From an uncultured Gammaproteobacteria bacterium (GTDB lineage Bacteria > Patescibacteriota > Patescibacteriia > SBBC01 > JACPUP01), in NCBI GenBank assembly GCA_964457305.1, contig CAYWEH010000002.1, forward strand, positions 1-63,737: DNA of 63,737 bases. Reading direction: 5' to 3'. Of the stretch, positions 50,779 through 59,313 are shown piece after piece. Below the pieces are notes generated by a model that worked only from the letters and a program-made list of their open reading frames with translations, did no database searches and had not been told where the DNA came from. The position numbers and the translations under genes were made by a program. Each line of letters begins with the position of its first letter. The first letter of the stretch is position 1.

Positions 50779-51612
50779 CTATTTGATGAGGGAGGCGACG
50801 AGGAAGAATATAGTCGAGCCAATCGAGATTACTGCACCAAGTGCGCCGATAATGGCGAACAGGTTAAACTTGGAAAAGAATCCGGTTGGTGCCACCAATG
50901 TTTGTCCCGCTTTGAGCTGGCGGACGTTGTCGAAGAGAAGATAGGAGAAGCAGACGCCGATAACACTGACCATAGCGGCGACGATGGTCGTGACCACCTG
51001 GGTAACAATGAAGCCGAGCGGTGAGAGGAGGAAGCCAAACAGGAAGGACACGACCATGGAAACAACCGCGAGAATGAGGCCAAAGAAGAAGCTTCGCCAG
51101 AAGACATCGCTCCAGTGACCTTCAATGAGGGCTTGGGCGCGGTGCATGGATTCGCGGACCGACAGTCCTTCGCTCAAGAAGAGGTAGGGGGCGAACATGA
51201 GGGTGACCCCAACGATGATACCGGGAATGATAAAGAGAACCGAGCCGCCGAACACAACAAGAACGACGAACGCGGTGAGCAGCAAAAAACGCCAGTAGTT
51301 TTTCCGAGTCGCTTGGTAGGCACCAGCGACTGTTAATGTTTCCGGCCCTTTCAGTAACGCATTAATCACTGATTGTTGTGCCCAGAGATCGACAAAGTAG
51401 AGGAGGACGATGAGGCCCCAGAGAACGATTTTGGTCGTCGAATTACCGCCAGCCGCCAACGCAGAGAGTAGGGCGATGGCGAGTACCGGCGGCAACGCGA
51501 TGCCGAGCAGACGCTTCCAGTGCTTCATGAAGAGCATCTGCGCATCGGTCAAGAGTCGGCCGAATGATTTCATCTGTAGCCTTTGCGTGGCTGTGGTAGC
51601 CGGTGTATCCAT
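50779..51612 (-). CDS. Polytopic membrane protein, unknown function
   Basis: About 277 aa from MDTPATTATQ, with 6-7 TM segments. No catalytic motif was recognised. Confidence 0.55.
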   Translation of the reverse strand: MDTPATTATQRLQMKSFGRLLTDAQMLFMKHWKRLLGIALPPVLAIALLSALAAGGNSTTKIVLWGLIVLLYFVDLWAQQSVINALLKGPETLTVAGAYQATRKNYWRFLLLTAFVVLVVFGGSVLFIIPGIIVGVTLMFAPYLFLSEGLSVRESMHRAQALIEGHWSDVFWRSFFFGLILAVVSMVVSFLFGFLLSPLGFIVTQVVTTIVAAMVSVIGVCFSYLLFDNVRQLKAGQTLVAPTGFFSKFNLFAIIGALGAVISIGSTIFFLVASLIK

Positions 51613-51806
51613 AGTATCGAGTTTAAGGACGTTACCTTTAAGAGTACGGTTTTTTCTATTAAAAGGCAATGCGAGAAGTCGCACTCTCGATGATACGATT
51701 TGTTTATTTGCCTCGTTTTTCTAAAGAAAGAAGGCCTAGGGACGTGCGCGTTGTCCCTAGGCCCTTCGTCCATTGCGGACGGAATATGTCGAAAGGATCG
51801 GGTTGT

Positions 51807-52523
51807 TCACTTGCCGGTGAGCTCGGCCCAGTGCTGCTTCGGGCGCAGTCGCTGGGAACCCACGGCACAGAGCGGGCAGTCCTCCGGCCCCCACGTCTGG
51901 ATGTCGTAGTGGACAAGGGGGATGACATCCGAGGATCCGATTCGGGTGACGTCCGACCGGTCGACGAAGACCGCGACGACCGGGGCGAAGGTGATGGGGT
52001 GGGTATGGGCTTCCTGAATTCCCCGCCGCACCGCCTCCGTCGTGCTCGCGGCCGTCATCAACTCCTCAACCTGGAGCACGACCTCGTTCGGCGCGATGGG
52101 GAATCGCCGCCAGGCCTGGGTCTTGTCCGGACCCTTCTCGCAGAAGTCGAACTCGGCCTCGAACGTGTGCGCCGTGGCGAACCCGAGGGTGGCCGCGGCG
52201 TGGTCCGAGGAAACGACCCAATCGACGTGGCCGGAGTAGCGGTTGCGGACCGCCAGGTAGAGCTGGCGTCCGAACAGGAGACAGAGGTCGGGGTACTTCA
52301 GTACCAGGCCGACGTTCACGAAGCCGTCCGAGCAGTCGCCCGCCGTGAGTTCCGCGTGCGGCCGCGACGGATCGCCCGAGTGCAGCCAGAGCGCGTCGAG
52401 TCGCTCGAGGATATGCCGGATCTCCGCGGGCGTCAGTTGGCGATCGCCGATGTCCCTGGGACCGAGCGTCAGGAGGTTCTCCCGGTCCATGGCCAGGACA
52501 TCTTCGGGTGACAGGAGCCGCAT
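51807..52523 (-). CDS. Phosphoribosyltransferase-family protein, PyrE-like
   Basis: The PRPP-binding loop reads VVLQVEELMTAASTTEAV. HAELTAGDCSDGFVNVG parallels the PyrE HF-L-SG-HS motif. It lies directly downstream of pyrF, with a 1-nt overlap. Confidence 0.65.
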   Translation of the reverse strand: MRLLSPEDVLAMDRENLLTLGPRDIGDRQLTPAEIRHILERLDALWLHSGDPSRPHAELTAGDCSDGFVNVGLVLKYPDLCLLFGRQLYLAVRNRYSGHVDWVVSSDHAAATLGFATAHTFEAEFDFCEKGPDKTQAWRRFPIAPNEVVLQVEELMTAASTTEAVRRGIQEAHTHPITFAPVVAVFVDRSDVTRIGSSDVIPLVHYDIQTWGPEDCPLCAVGSQRLRPKQHWAELTGK

Positions 52524-53368
52524 TACTTCCTCCTCGCAGTGAGTGCCTGTTCGATCTCGTCATTGATCGCTTGCAGCGCCGCGACCGGGTCGGGCGCCTC
52601 GATGACCGGACGGCCGATGACGAGGTAGTCCGCGCCGTTGCGGATCGCCTCGGCCGGGGTGGCCACGCGCTTCTGATCGGCGACGTCGGCACCGGCCGGA
52701 CGAACGCCCGGGGTGATGATGAGGAACGTCGGACCGCAGGCATCCCGGACCAGCGCGGCCTCCTGTGGGGAAGCAACGACGGCGTCGAGACCGGCACGCT
52801 GGGCAACGCGCGCCCGCTGGACCACCAGGTCCTGGACGATGCGGCGCTTGGTCGCGGCCATATCGTCAGCGTCGCTCGCGTGCAGACCGTTGACCACGCC
52901 GACTTCGGCCAGCGTGTCGTAGTCGAGCGAGGTCAGCACGGTGATGCCGATGACGAGCGGACGGAACCCTTGTCCCCCGCCATCGATGGCGTATGCTTGC
53001 TCGGTTGCCCGGACAGCCGCCTCCAGCATCGGGGTTCCGCCATCGACGTGGACGGTGAAGCCCCAGACGGCGAGGCGGGTCACCGCGCGGGCAGCGCCCG
53101 CGACCGTGTTCGGGATGTCCTTGAATTTGCCGTCGAGGAAGACCGTTGACATGCGGCTGGTGACGAAATTCGCCGCCACCGGTCCCCCCACTGCACTGAG
53201 AAGCTCCAAGCCGATTTTGAAGCTGGCGACGTGCGGTGCAAGCTTGTAAATTAACTTGCCCGCCTCGTCGAGCGATGGCACGTCGAGCGCCACGATGACG
53301 CGTTTTTCAGACACGGAAGTCTCACTTTCGTTGGTGGTAAGAGCACGCCTGGCGGGAAGTTCCCCCAA
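52523..53368 (-). CDS. pyrF: Orotidine 5'-phosphate decarboxylase
   Basis: VIVALDV, FKIGLEL, FLDGKFKDIPNTV, PGVRP and YLVIGRPV. Confidence 0.88.
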   Translation of the reverse strand: MGELPARRALTTNESETSVSEKRVIVALDVPSLDEAGKLIYKLAPHVASFKIGLELLSAVGGPVAANFVTSRMSTVFLDGKFKDIPNTVAGAARAVTRLAVWGFTVHVDGGTPMLEAAVRATEQAYAIDGGGQGFRPLVIGITVLTSLDYDTLAEVGVVNGLHASDADDMAATKRRIVQDLVVQRARVAQRAGLDAVVASPQEAALVRDACGPTFLIITPGVRPAGADVADQKRVATPAEAIRNGADYLVIGRPVIEAPDPVAALQAINDEIEQALTARRK

Positions 53369-53510
53369 ACGTCGGCCCTACCGTATCAAAAATTCTAGGG
53401 GAAGGCAAAGATTCAGCGTTTTTATTGATAGACCATAGTAAGTGGGGCATGATTGGTGAAGGAAAGAGGGGGCGGGCGAATCCCGGGAATTCGTTTTTAC
53501 CGTTGTCGCT

Positions 53511-53881
53511 ATGCAACGTACGCTCCACGCCGCACTCCTCGTCCTCGTCTGTTTCGCGTACCTTTTTGCACCAGCCGCGCAAGCAGTCACCAGCTTCACC
53601 ATCGAGAACATCGGTGGCTCCGTGGGTTAGGGACATCTGATTTGAAATTGTCGGTCGTCCATATCATTCAGTGGGCGCTCGGGGCTTTGGTGTTGGTCGC
53701 CGTGGCGATGGTCATTGTTGGTGGGCAAAGCTGGCTCGCTTCGGCCGGGAATGACGAGCAGGTTGATAAGGCAAAGAAGATTATCTCGGCTGCAGTGGTC
53801 GGCGTGGTCATCGTCATGGTCTCATGGGCGGTGGTGAGTTTTGTCACCGGTGCGGCCGCCAACGTTACCCGCGGCGCATAA
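53511..53881 (+). pseudogene. Fifth VirB2/TrbC-like pilin-family copy, interrupted by a 1-nt frameshift
   Basis: Frame 0 reads MQRTLHAALLVLVCFAYLFAPAAQAVTSFTIENIGGSVG, then TAG at 53628. The sequence continues in the +2 frame as GTSDLKLSVVHIIQWALGALVLVAVAMVIVGG...AGNDEQVDKAKKIISAAVVGVVIV...ANVTRGA. Compared with the paralog ggtttgggg, this copy has ggttaggg. Confidence 0.7.
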
Positions 53882-53893
53882 CAGTGAATAACA

Positions 53894-53922
53894 AATAAGG
53901 ACGGAGGTTCTCCGTCCTTATT
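53894..53922. terminator. 13-bp perfect hairpin between convergent genes
   Basis: aataaggacggag-gtt-ctccgtccttatt. Confidence 0.6.
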
Positions 53923-53935
53923 GTCTTCGAGCTAT

Positions 53936-55315
53936 TTAGCGGAGGCGCGGCGTGCGGATCGGGTTCCGGACGACCAACTTCAGCTTGAGCGAATTCTTAC
54001 TCACTTTCCGGAGTTTCATCGCCATCTTTTTGAGGAGGGAAGTTTTTTTTGGCGTCGCCCGGGCGGTGAACGTCTGCGCCGGGTTCTGCGATTGGGTGAT
54101 GTGCCGCGTTGGGGTCGTTCCCGTAATCGTCGGCACCACCGGCACCACGGTCGGCATGGCCGCCGGGCTGGAGACCGGCGTTGGCTGCGTCTGGGCAGGC
54201 TCAATCGGAGCCGTCAGCGGAACAGTGGGCTGGGGCTGGATGGTTTCGACGGGTGTAGGAGGAAGCGTTACCTCGACGATGTCCGTCGACACTTGTGCAA
54301 CAGGAACGTGCGGGCGGTTGCAGGTCAAGCCTGATTGTCCGAGGTACCCGCCGAGCACGGCACTGTCCTGGTTATTGACGATACCGTCACCGTTGAGGTC
54401 CGCCATGGCAGAATACTTGGCTGGTTCCAGCGCGGCGGCCAGCGCCGACACGTCGGAAGCGTCGGCGTACCCGTCCCCGGTCAGGTCCGGGCATGGCCCG
54501 TTCCACACCGGACGATTAAGATTTCCATCACAGATCATTCCGGTTTGGCCGCGATACCCATCCCACACCTGCGCATCCTGTTGTGAAATGAGTCCGTCGC
54601 CGTTCAGATCCGCGGCCCAGTTGTACGCCGCCGGCGGCAGCGCGGAGGCCAAGGCCGAGAGATCCGAGGCATCCACGTTCCCATCCCGGGTGATGTCCGG
54701 GCAGGCTGGACCGAGGCGGATGGACGACGGGGGCGGGACAATCTCGCTGGTCACCGGCAGGGTTGGCTCGTTCGAAGCATCGTTGCAGATGAATCCCGTG
54801 CGGCCAAGATAGCCTTCGAGAACCGACGTGTCCTGTTGGCTGATTGTTCCGTCACCGTTGAGGTCTGCATTCGCGTCATACGCAGCCGGTGGCATGGCTG
54901 CCGCTAACGCAGAAATGTCCGAGGCATCCACGTTCCCGTCCCGGGTAATGTCCGGGCAGGCGGCTTGGATGATCCACACAGCATCGCTGGAACAATCGAG
55001 ACCTGTCTGGCCGAAGAACCCGGCCAGGACTGCCGCATCCGGCCTCGTCACGTGTCCATCGGTATTCAAATCCGCGTTCGGGTCATAGGTGGCCGGTTCC
55101 AGAGCGGCCGCCAAAGCCGAGAGATCCGACATATCCACATTCCCGTCCCGGGTGATGTCCGGGCAGGTGTACGGAGCGATCCGTTGGGTGATGGCAAATG
55201 AGGCTGGGGCAGCGGAGAGCGCCACCAGGGAAACGACCGCGGCCACGAAAAAACCCTTAAAAAATGGATGTTTTGTGTTCGATTTCAGGTTTTGTGATGG
55301 TCGCAGTGTCGACAT
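53936..55315 (-). CDS. Secreted protein with four tandem dockerin-like (double EF-hand Ca-binding) modules and a Pro/Thr-rich tail
   Basis: It has a signal peptide (...LSAAPASFA). Four 58-aa modules read CPDITRDGNVDxSDxSALAAAL...ADLNGDGxIsqqDxxVLxGYxGxTGxxC. A PT-rich linker follows, and the C-terminus is basic. The start was set at MSTLRPS (55315). Confidence 0.75.
   Translation of the reverse strand: MSTLRPSQNLKSNTKHPFFKGFFVAAVVSLVALSAAPASFAITQRIAPYTCPDITRDGNVDMSDLSALAAALEPATYDPNADLNTDGHVTRPDAAVLAGFFGQTGLDCSSDAVWIIQAACPDITRDGNVDASDISALAAAMPPAAYDANADLNGDGTISQQDTSVLEGYLGRTGFICNDASNEPTLPVTSEIVPPPSSIRLGPACPDITRDGNVDASDLSALASALPPAAYNWAADLNGDGLISQQDAQVWDGYRGQTGMICDGNLNRPVWNGPCPDLTGDGYADASDVSALAAALEPAKYSAMADLNGDGIVNNQDSAVLGGYLGQSGLTCNRPHVPVAQVSTDIVEVTLPPTPVETIQPQPTVPLTAPIEPAQTQPTPVSSPAAMPTVVPVVPTITGTTPTRHITQSQNPAQTFTARATPKKTSLLKKMAMKLRKVSKNSLKLKLVVRNPIRTPRLR
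54320..55165 (-). repeat. Four coding repeats (dockerin-like modules)
   Basis: The D-x-[TN]-x-D-G-x-[VI]-x-x-x-D loop occurs twice per module. Each module is bracketed by Cys residues. Confidence 0.8.
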
Positions 55316-55472
55316 ACGGTGGCTCCTTAAACTAAATAGGAAATACGAGGTTGTTTGAGATGCCAAACCCCCCTTTTTCAGCCAGGGAACAGTACTGGAA
55401 GGCCGGGCGTCTGTCAAGGACTTATGGCAATTCCAAAAACGAGAAAGACGCGGCCAGATGCATCAGGGGCGA

Positions 55473-57248
55473 CTACAGTCGTTGTTGTTCCCACAGCTCG
55501 GAGAAACGGCCGCGTTGTGCTTGGAGTTCCGGAAAGCTTCCGGATTCAATAATGCGGCCGCCTTCAATGACCAGGATGCGGTCCATCTCTTTGATGGTCG
55601 TTAGGCGGTGGGCGATGACGATGGCGGTGACCGTTTGGAAGAAGCGATGGAGCGAGTCTTGGATTTTTTTCTCCGACTCGATGTCGAGATGCGACGTCGC
55701 CTCGTCAAGCAGCAGGATCTGCGGGTTTTTGTAGATGGCGCGGGCAATGCCGACCCGTTGCTTCTCGCCGCCGGAGAGCCGGAAGCCCTTTTCGCCAATG
55801 AGCGTGTTGAGCCCGAGTGGGAGTTTGCCGAGGAAGTCGTTGACGTGCGCGATTTCCAGCGACTGTTCCAGGTTTGCCCTGGGATCGCCCGGGTTGGCGA
55901 CGGTGATATTTTCTTGCAGGGTGAAGTTGAAGACTTCAGTTTCTTGCAACACGGCAGCCATAGACTGCAAGTACGATTTCTTCTCGATATCGCGCAGGGG
56001 AATACCGTCGAAGGTGATCGATCCTTGGTAGCCCTCGTGTTCTTTCATGAACAGTTTGAAGAGGGTCGATTTTCCCGCGCCGGAAAGTCCGACAATCCCG
56101 ATGCGTTCGCCGCGCCGGATGGTGAATGAGAGGTCGTGAAGCACGGCGTAGTGTCCATAGGAAAACGAGAGGCGTTCAACAGTGATCGTCTGCCAGTTTT
56201 TTGGGAACGGACGCTTCCCCCGCTCGTCATCAATGCGGACGGGTTCGCGAAGGATGCGCTCCATTCGTCCGACTGCGTACTTCGCCGAGACGACGTCCGG
56301 GGCGAGTTCGGAAAGTTCAGCGACCGATTCCCAGGTTCGGCCGAAGTAGAACTGGAAGAGGATGAGGAATCCCAGCGTGAAGTTGCCATAGTAGACACCC
56401 GTGGCCAGGTAGAAGAGGCTGCCGAAGCGAAACAGTTGTCCCCAGCCGCCAAGAATAGAGCTGCGCATCTGAAAGCGCAAAATGCGGCGCCGCATCCGGC
56501 GGAGAAATTCTTCCCCCTCGTTTTTCAGTCGGGCGCCGAGCGAGCGAGTCATGGCCAGCGCCTTGACCGTGCGAATGTTGTTGAGCGCCTCAAAAGAAAG
56601 CCCTTGAACATCTTCCTCTTTCTGGTCGACGAGGTTCTCCATGGCCGACGCTTGCTTGGTGAGGAAGTGCGACAGCACCAGGAAGGTCACGAGGAAGACG
56701 AGCAGACTGACGCCCAACCCCGGTGCGGTCCGGCTGATGATCCACGTGACGCCGACGAAGTTCACGGTGATTTCGATAACGCTGTTGATCCAGATACGGA
56801 GCGTACGGCTCACGGCGCCGGCGCCGCGGTCAATGCGTTTGAGCTTGTTCCCGGCGTTCTCCCGTTCGTGCCACTGCATATCGATGCGCAGGAGGTGTTG
56901 GGTGGTCATCAACCGCGCATCGAGCGCGGCCCGCTCCGCCACTTGGTAGCCAAGGTACTTTGAGTAAAATTGGCCGGTCATGCGCCAGAGGACGGCGACG
57001 GCGAGCGAAATTCCGACCGTCCAAAGTGTTCGCAAAACTTGCCCGGCGCTTGGAGTACTAAGAGTATTGATGATGACCGCGATCCCATAGGCGGGGTAGA
57101 GCCAGGCGATGTCACTGATGAGGCGAAAGAGTGAGGCGATCAGAAAACGACCGCGGTACGGGCGGAGTCGTTGCCAGACGAACTGGAGATAGTCACGGTA
57201 CGAGTGGGGCCAGGTGTGGTCAGGTTCTTCGAGTGGGAGGTGTTTCAT
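55473..57248 (-). CDS. ABC exporter, fused TMD-NBD (MsbA/type I exporter-like)
   Basis: A 6-TM N-terminal domain, Walker A GLSGAGKST, signature LSGGEKQRVGIARAI and Walker B ILLLDEATSHLD. Confidence 0.9.
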   Translation of the reverse strand: MKHLPLEEPDHTWPHSYRDYLQFVWQRLRPYRGRFLIASLFRLISDIAWLYPAYGIAVIINTLSTPSAGQVLRTLWTVGISLAVAVLWRMTGQFYSKYLGYQVAERAALDARLMTTQHLLRIDMQWHERENAGNKLKRIDRGAGAVSRTLRIWINSVIEITVNFVGVTWIISRTAPGLGVSLLVFLVTFLVLSHFLTKQASAMENLVDQKEEDVQGLSFEALNNIRTVKALAMTRSLGARLKNEGEEFLRRMRRRILRFQMRSSILGGWGQLFRFGSLFYLATGVYYGNFTLGFLILFQFYFGRTWESVAELSELAPDVVSAKYAVGRMERILREPVRIDDERGKRPFPKNWQTITVERLSFSYGHYAVLHDLSFTIRRGERIGIVGLSGAGKSTLFKLFMKEHEGYQGSITFDGIPLRDIEKKSYLQSMAAVLQETEVFNFTLQENITVANPGDPRANLEQSLEIAHVNDFLGKLPLGLNTLIGEKGFRLSGGEKQRVGIARAIYKNPQILLLDEATSHLDIESEKKIQDSLHRFFQTVTAIVIAHRLTTIKEMDRILVIEGGRIIESGSFPELQAQRGRFSELWEQQRL

Positions 57249-57309
57249 TCGAATAAAGCGTAACGCCGGGCCTGCACTCGCCGACGTTTATGAATTCCTC
57301 CATGTAGTA

Positions 57310-57384
57310 TAGCCCCGACGGGATTTGAACCCGTGTTACCGCATTGAAAGCGCGGTGTCCTAGACCAAACTAGACGACAGGGCC
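57310..57384 (-). tRNA. tRNA-Glu (anticodon UUC)
   Basis: The reverse complement is GGCCCTG TC GTCT AGTTTGGTCT AGGAC A CCGCG CTTTCAA TGCGG TAAC ACGGG TTCAAAT CCCGT CGGGGCT A. This gives a cloverleaf with the anticodon TTC. CCA is not encoded. G1-U72 and U6-G67 are wobble pairs. Confidence 0.85.
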
Positions 57385-57440
57385 GCAAATGCAAAAAGCA
57401 CGCGCAGACTAACAGAGAATGACGTATCAGTCAAAGGGTC

Positions 57441-57468
57441 TTGACGGCGTCAGCGGGATTGGTATTAT
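57441..57468 (+). promoter_or_regulatory. Sigma70-like promoter (TTGACG-16 nt-TATTAT)
   Basis: ttgacg (57441-46), a 16-nt spacer, then tattat (57463-68). It lies 30 nt upstream of the AAAGGAGGG RBS of the 57498 ORF. Confidence 0.45.
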
Positions 57469-57497
57469 CGGACATCGCGAGTCAGAAAGGAGGGACC

Positions 57498-57767
57498 ATG
57501 ACGAACGATGAGCTCATCGCTGAACTTCGGCGCATCGCGGACCAGCATAATCGCGACCGCATGCACCTCATGTGCGACTACAAAGATATGCGCCGGCGCG
57601 AGGTCCAGGTTGTCAAAGCGGTCGAGACAGCAACCTTCAACGAGGCCGAGGAACCAGATCTCCTCGACGCTCTGACGAAGTTCATCGGCGGCCGCTGGCA
57701 CGACAGCGAGGCCTACCGGCGACTGATCCCGTTGCGGGACCGGCTCGCCGCAAAGCACCGGCCCTAG
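57498..57767 (+). CDS. Hypothetical small protein (89 aa)
   Basis: A strong RBS (aaaggaggg) lies 6 nt upstream of the ATG. The predicted protein is helical and charged (MTNDELIAELRRIADQHNRDRMH...). A GC hairpin (ccggggg...cccccgg) plus a T-rich stretch follows the stop. Confidence 0.5.
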   Translation: MTNDELIAELRRIADQHNRDRMHLMCDYKDMRRREVQVVKAVETATFNEAEEPDLLDALTKFIGGRWHDSEAYRRLIPLRDRLAAKHRP

Positions 57768-57928
57768 GTGCATCCGAGTAGGGCTTTGTTCCGGGGGACG
57801 CACGTCGCGCCCCCCGGGATTTCTTCTTGACCTCTTTGATTTCTCGTGGTAGCGTGGGCTGCTTGTTGTTGAAGGACAACAGGTTTGCTCTGTCTATATG
57901 ATAAGCCCTATATCGCGGAGGTGCGGCC

Positions 57929-58369
57929 TTGAAAGCGCTCGAACCCAGATATGTGCGTGCTTTGCACATCGTCGCGAGGCGCGCAGTTGACCTGATTACC
58001 CAGGATCACCCTGGCCAGCCGGTCGGCGCGTATCTCTGCGTGACCGATCGGCGGGGGCTGGTGCTCCTGCACGTTCCGTTCGGCGAGATCCCTGATGAAA
58101 TAGCCCATCGCTGCTACCGTCTGGCACGCAACAACGCCGAGGTGGTCGCTGGTGGAGCCACCCACTGCCACGGTGGCGCGGTCGAGTGTTCCGACTTCGC
58201 ACTGTCGTTGTACGGCCTGCCGGATCGTCTGGATCGTGCGGTGGCACTGGCGGTCGCTGTCGAGGCGGATGTGCTGCCCCGGCCGGCAGCTGACGGACTC
58301 GCCCGCATCTACCGGATCCGGCGTTACGCGGATTTCCTGCATCGCTTGGAGATCCACATCGATCCGTGA
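57929..58369 (+). CDS. Hypothetical protein (146 aa, TTG start)
   Basis: GGAGG lies 7 nt upstream of the TTG. The composition is more protein-like than that of the antisense ORF 57908..58357. No family was recognised. Confidence 0.45.
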   Translation: MKALEPRYVRALHIVARRAVDLITQDHPGQPVGAYLCVTDRRGLVLLHVPFGEIPDEIAHRCYRLARNNAEVVAGGATHCHGGAVECSDFALSLYGLPDRLDRAVALAVAVEADVLPRPAADGLARIYRIRRYADFLHRLEIHIDP

Positions 58370-58437
58370 AAGGGGTTGTCTGGTCGGAGGGGACCCCTGC
58401 CTGGGTTCCCTCCACCACTATTCAGTTTGACAATACA

Positions 58438-58725
58438 ATGAGAAAGGTTCTTAATAGTTCACATCGACTGAAGGTTGTCCCTAGTCTTCACACACTGTCC
58501 CGGGAGGGAAATGTGAAGCTGAATCCGCACATCGAAGCGAGGTACGTACCGGTCGAAGAAGCCGCGCGCCTCTACGCCATGAAGCCTCGAAGGGTTCAAG
58601 CGCGGTTCGATGCGCACCCCGATCGGGGCACTTCGGAGCAGTGCACCATCCGAGTGTTCCCGGGGAACGTCGCCATGTGCCGCCGGGATCGTCTCGGCCA
58701 CGTCCTGGGGCGCTCGCCCCACTGA
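58438..58725 (+). CDS. Possible excisionase/MerR-like HTH small protein
   Basis: YVPVEEAARLYAMKPRRVQARF...IRVFPGNVAMCRRDRL resembles HTH_17/excisionase-type domains. The start is uncertain (58366/58438). Confidence 0.35.
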   Translation: MRKVLNSSHRLKVVPSLHTLSREGNVKLNPHIEARYVPVEEAARLYAMKPRRVQARFDAHPDRGTSEQCTIRVFPGNVAMCRRDRLGHVLGRSPH

Positions 58726-58798
58726 CAACCTGAACTCGTTGCACCTGTGTGTGGCGCTTCATGCCTTCCGGCCGGGAGCGCCACCACAACCTCTTCCA

Positions 58799-58827
58799 TT
58801 GCGCCAGGCGCGCAATTTTCGTATACT
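58799..58827 (+). promoter_or_regulatory. Promoter candidate upstream of hsp20 (TTGCGC-17 nt-TATACT) overlapping a 6-bp inverted repeat
   Basis: ttgcgc (58799-804), a 17-nt spacer, then tatact (58822-27). The inverted repeat ttgcgc-caggc-gcgcaa spans the -35 element. Confidence 0.45.
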
Positions 58828-58841
58828 GTAAGGCAGTTTCT

Positions 58842-59282
58842 ATGGCAACAACAAAGAGCAAAACGGAGGAAACGAAGAACATTCGAACCGGCGCCCAGGC
58901 CGTACAGGACGCGCCGGGCGAGTGGCTGGAGGAGGATTTTTCCGGGCAGCTCGCGGTTGATGTTTTCCAGACCGATCAGGACATCGTCATTGAATCCACC
59001 ATCGCCGGGGTGCGGCCCGAGGACCTCGACATCTCCGTGACGAACGACATGGTGACGATTAAGGGCGTCCGACGCCATCAGCAAACCGTTGACGATAATG
59101 CCTATTTGTTCCGCGAGTGCTACTGGGGCGGCTTTTCCCGCCGTATCATCTTGCCGGTCGAGGTGCGGACGGACAGAATCAACGCCGTGTTGAAAGACGG
59201 TATCTTAACGGTAACCTTGCCGAAACTTGAACGACCCAAAGCGAAAATCGTCCGCGTCCGCGAAGAGGACGGCACCGAGTAG
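58842..59282 (+). CDS. Hsp20/alpha-crystallin small heat-shock protein
   Basis: Alpha-crystallin domain pattern: VDVFQTDQDIVIESTIAGVRPEDLDISV...MVTIKG...GGFSRRIILPVEV...AVLKDGILTVTLPK. Confidence 0.9.
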   Translation: MATTKSKTEETKNIRTGAQAVQDAPGEWLEEDFSGQLAVDVFQTDQDIVIESTIAGVRPEDLDISVTNDMVTIKGVRRHQQTVDDNAYLFRECYWGGFSRRIILPVEVRTDRINAVLKDGILTVTLPKLERPKAKIVRVREEDGTE

Positions 59283-59313
59283 CGGCCGGTTGTCCCGGGA
59301 GGCGCCTGACCTC

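Noticed and set aside
57908-58357. A minus-strand 149-aa ORF (and 57996..58418, 140 aa) overlapping the 57929..58369 plus-strand ORF.
   Set aside because: The plus-strand ORF has a GGAGG Shine-Dalgarno at ideal spacing and a more balanced amino-acid composition. The minus-strand ORFs lack an RBS and are Arg/Pro/Gly-rich. Both calls remain uncertain.
57250-58800. A tRNA-Glu-associated genomic island or prophage.
   Set aside because: There is no integrase or recombinase ORF. I found no direct repeat of the tRNA 3' end. The small ORFs lie on the 5' side of the tRNA rather than the 3' side where islands usually integrate. I kept it only as a low-interest finding.
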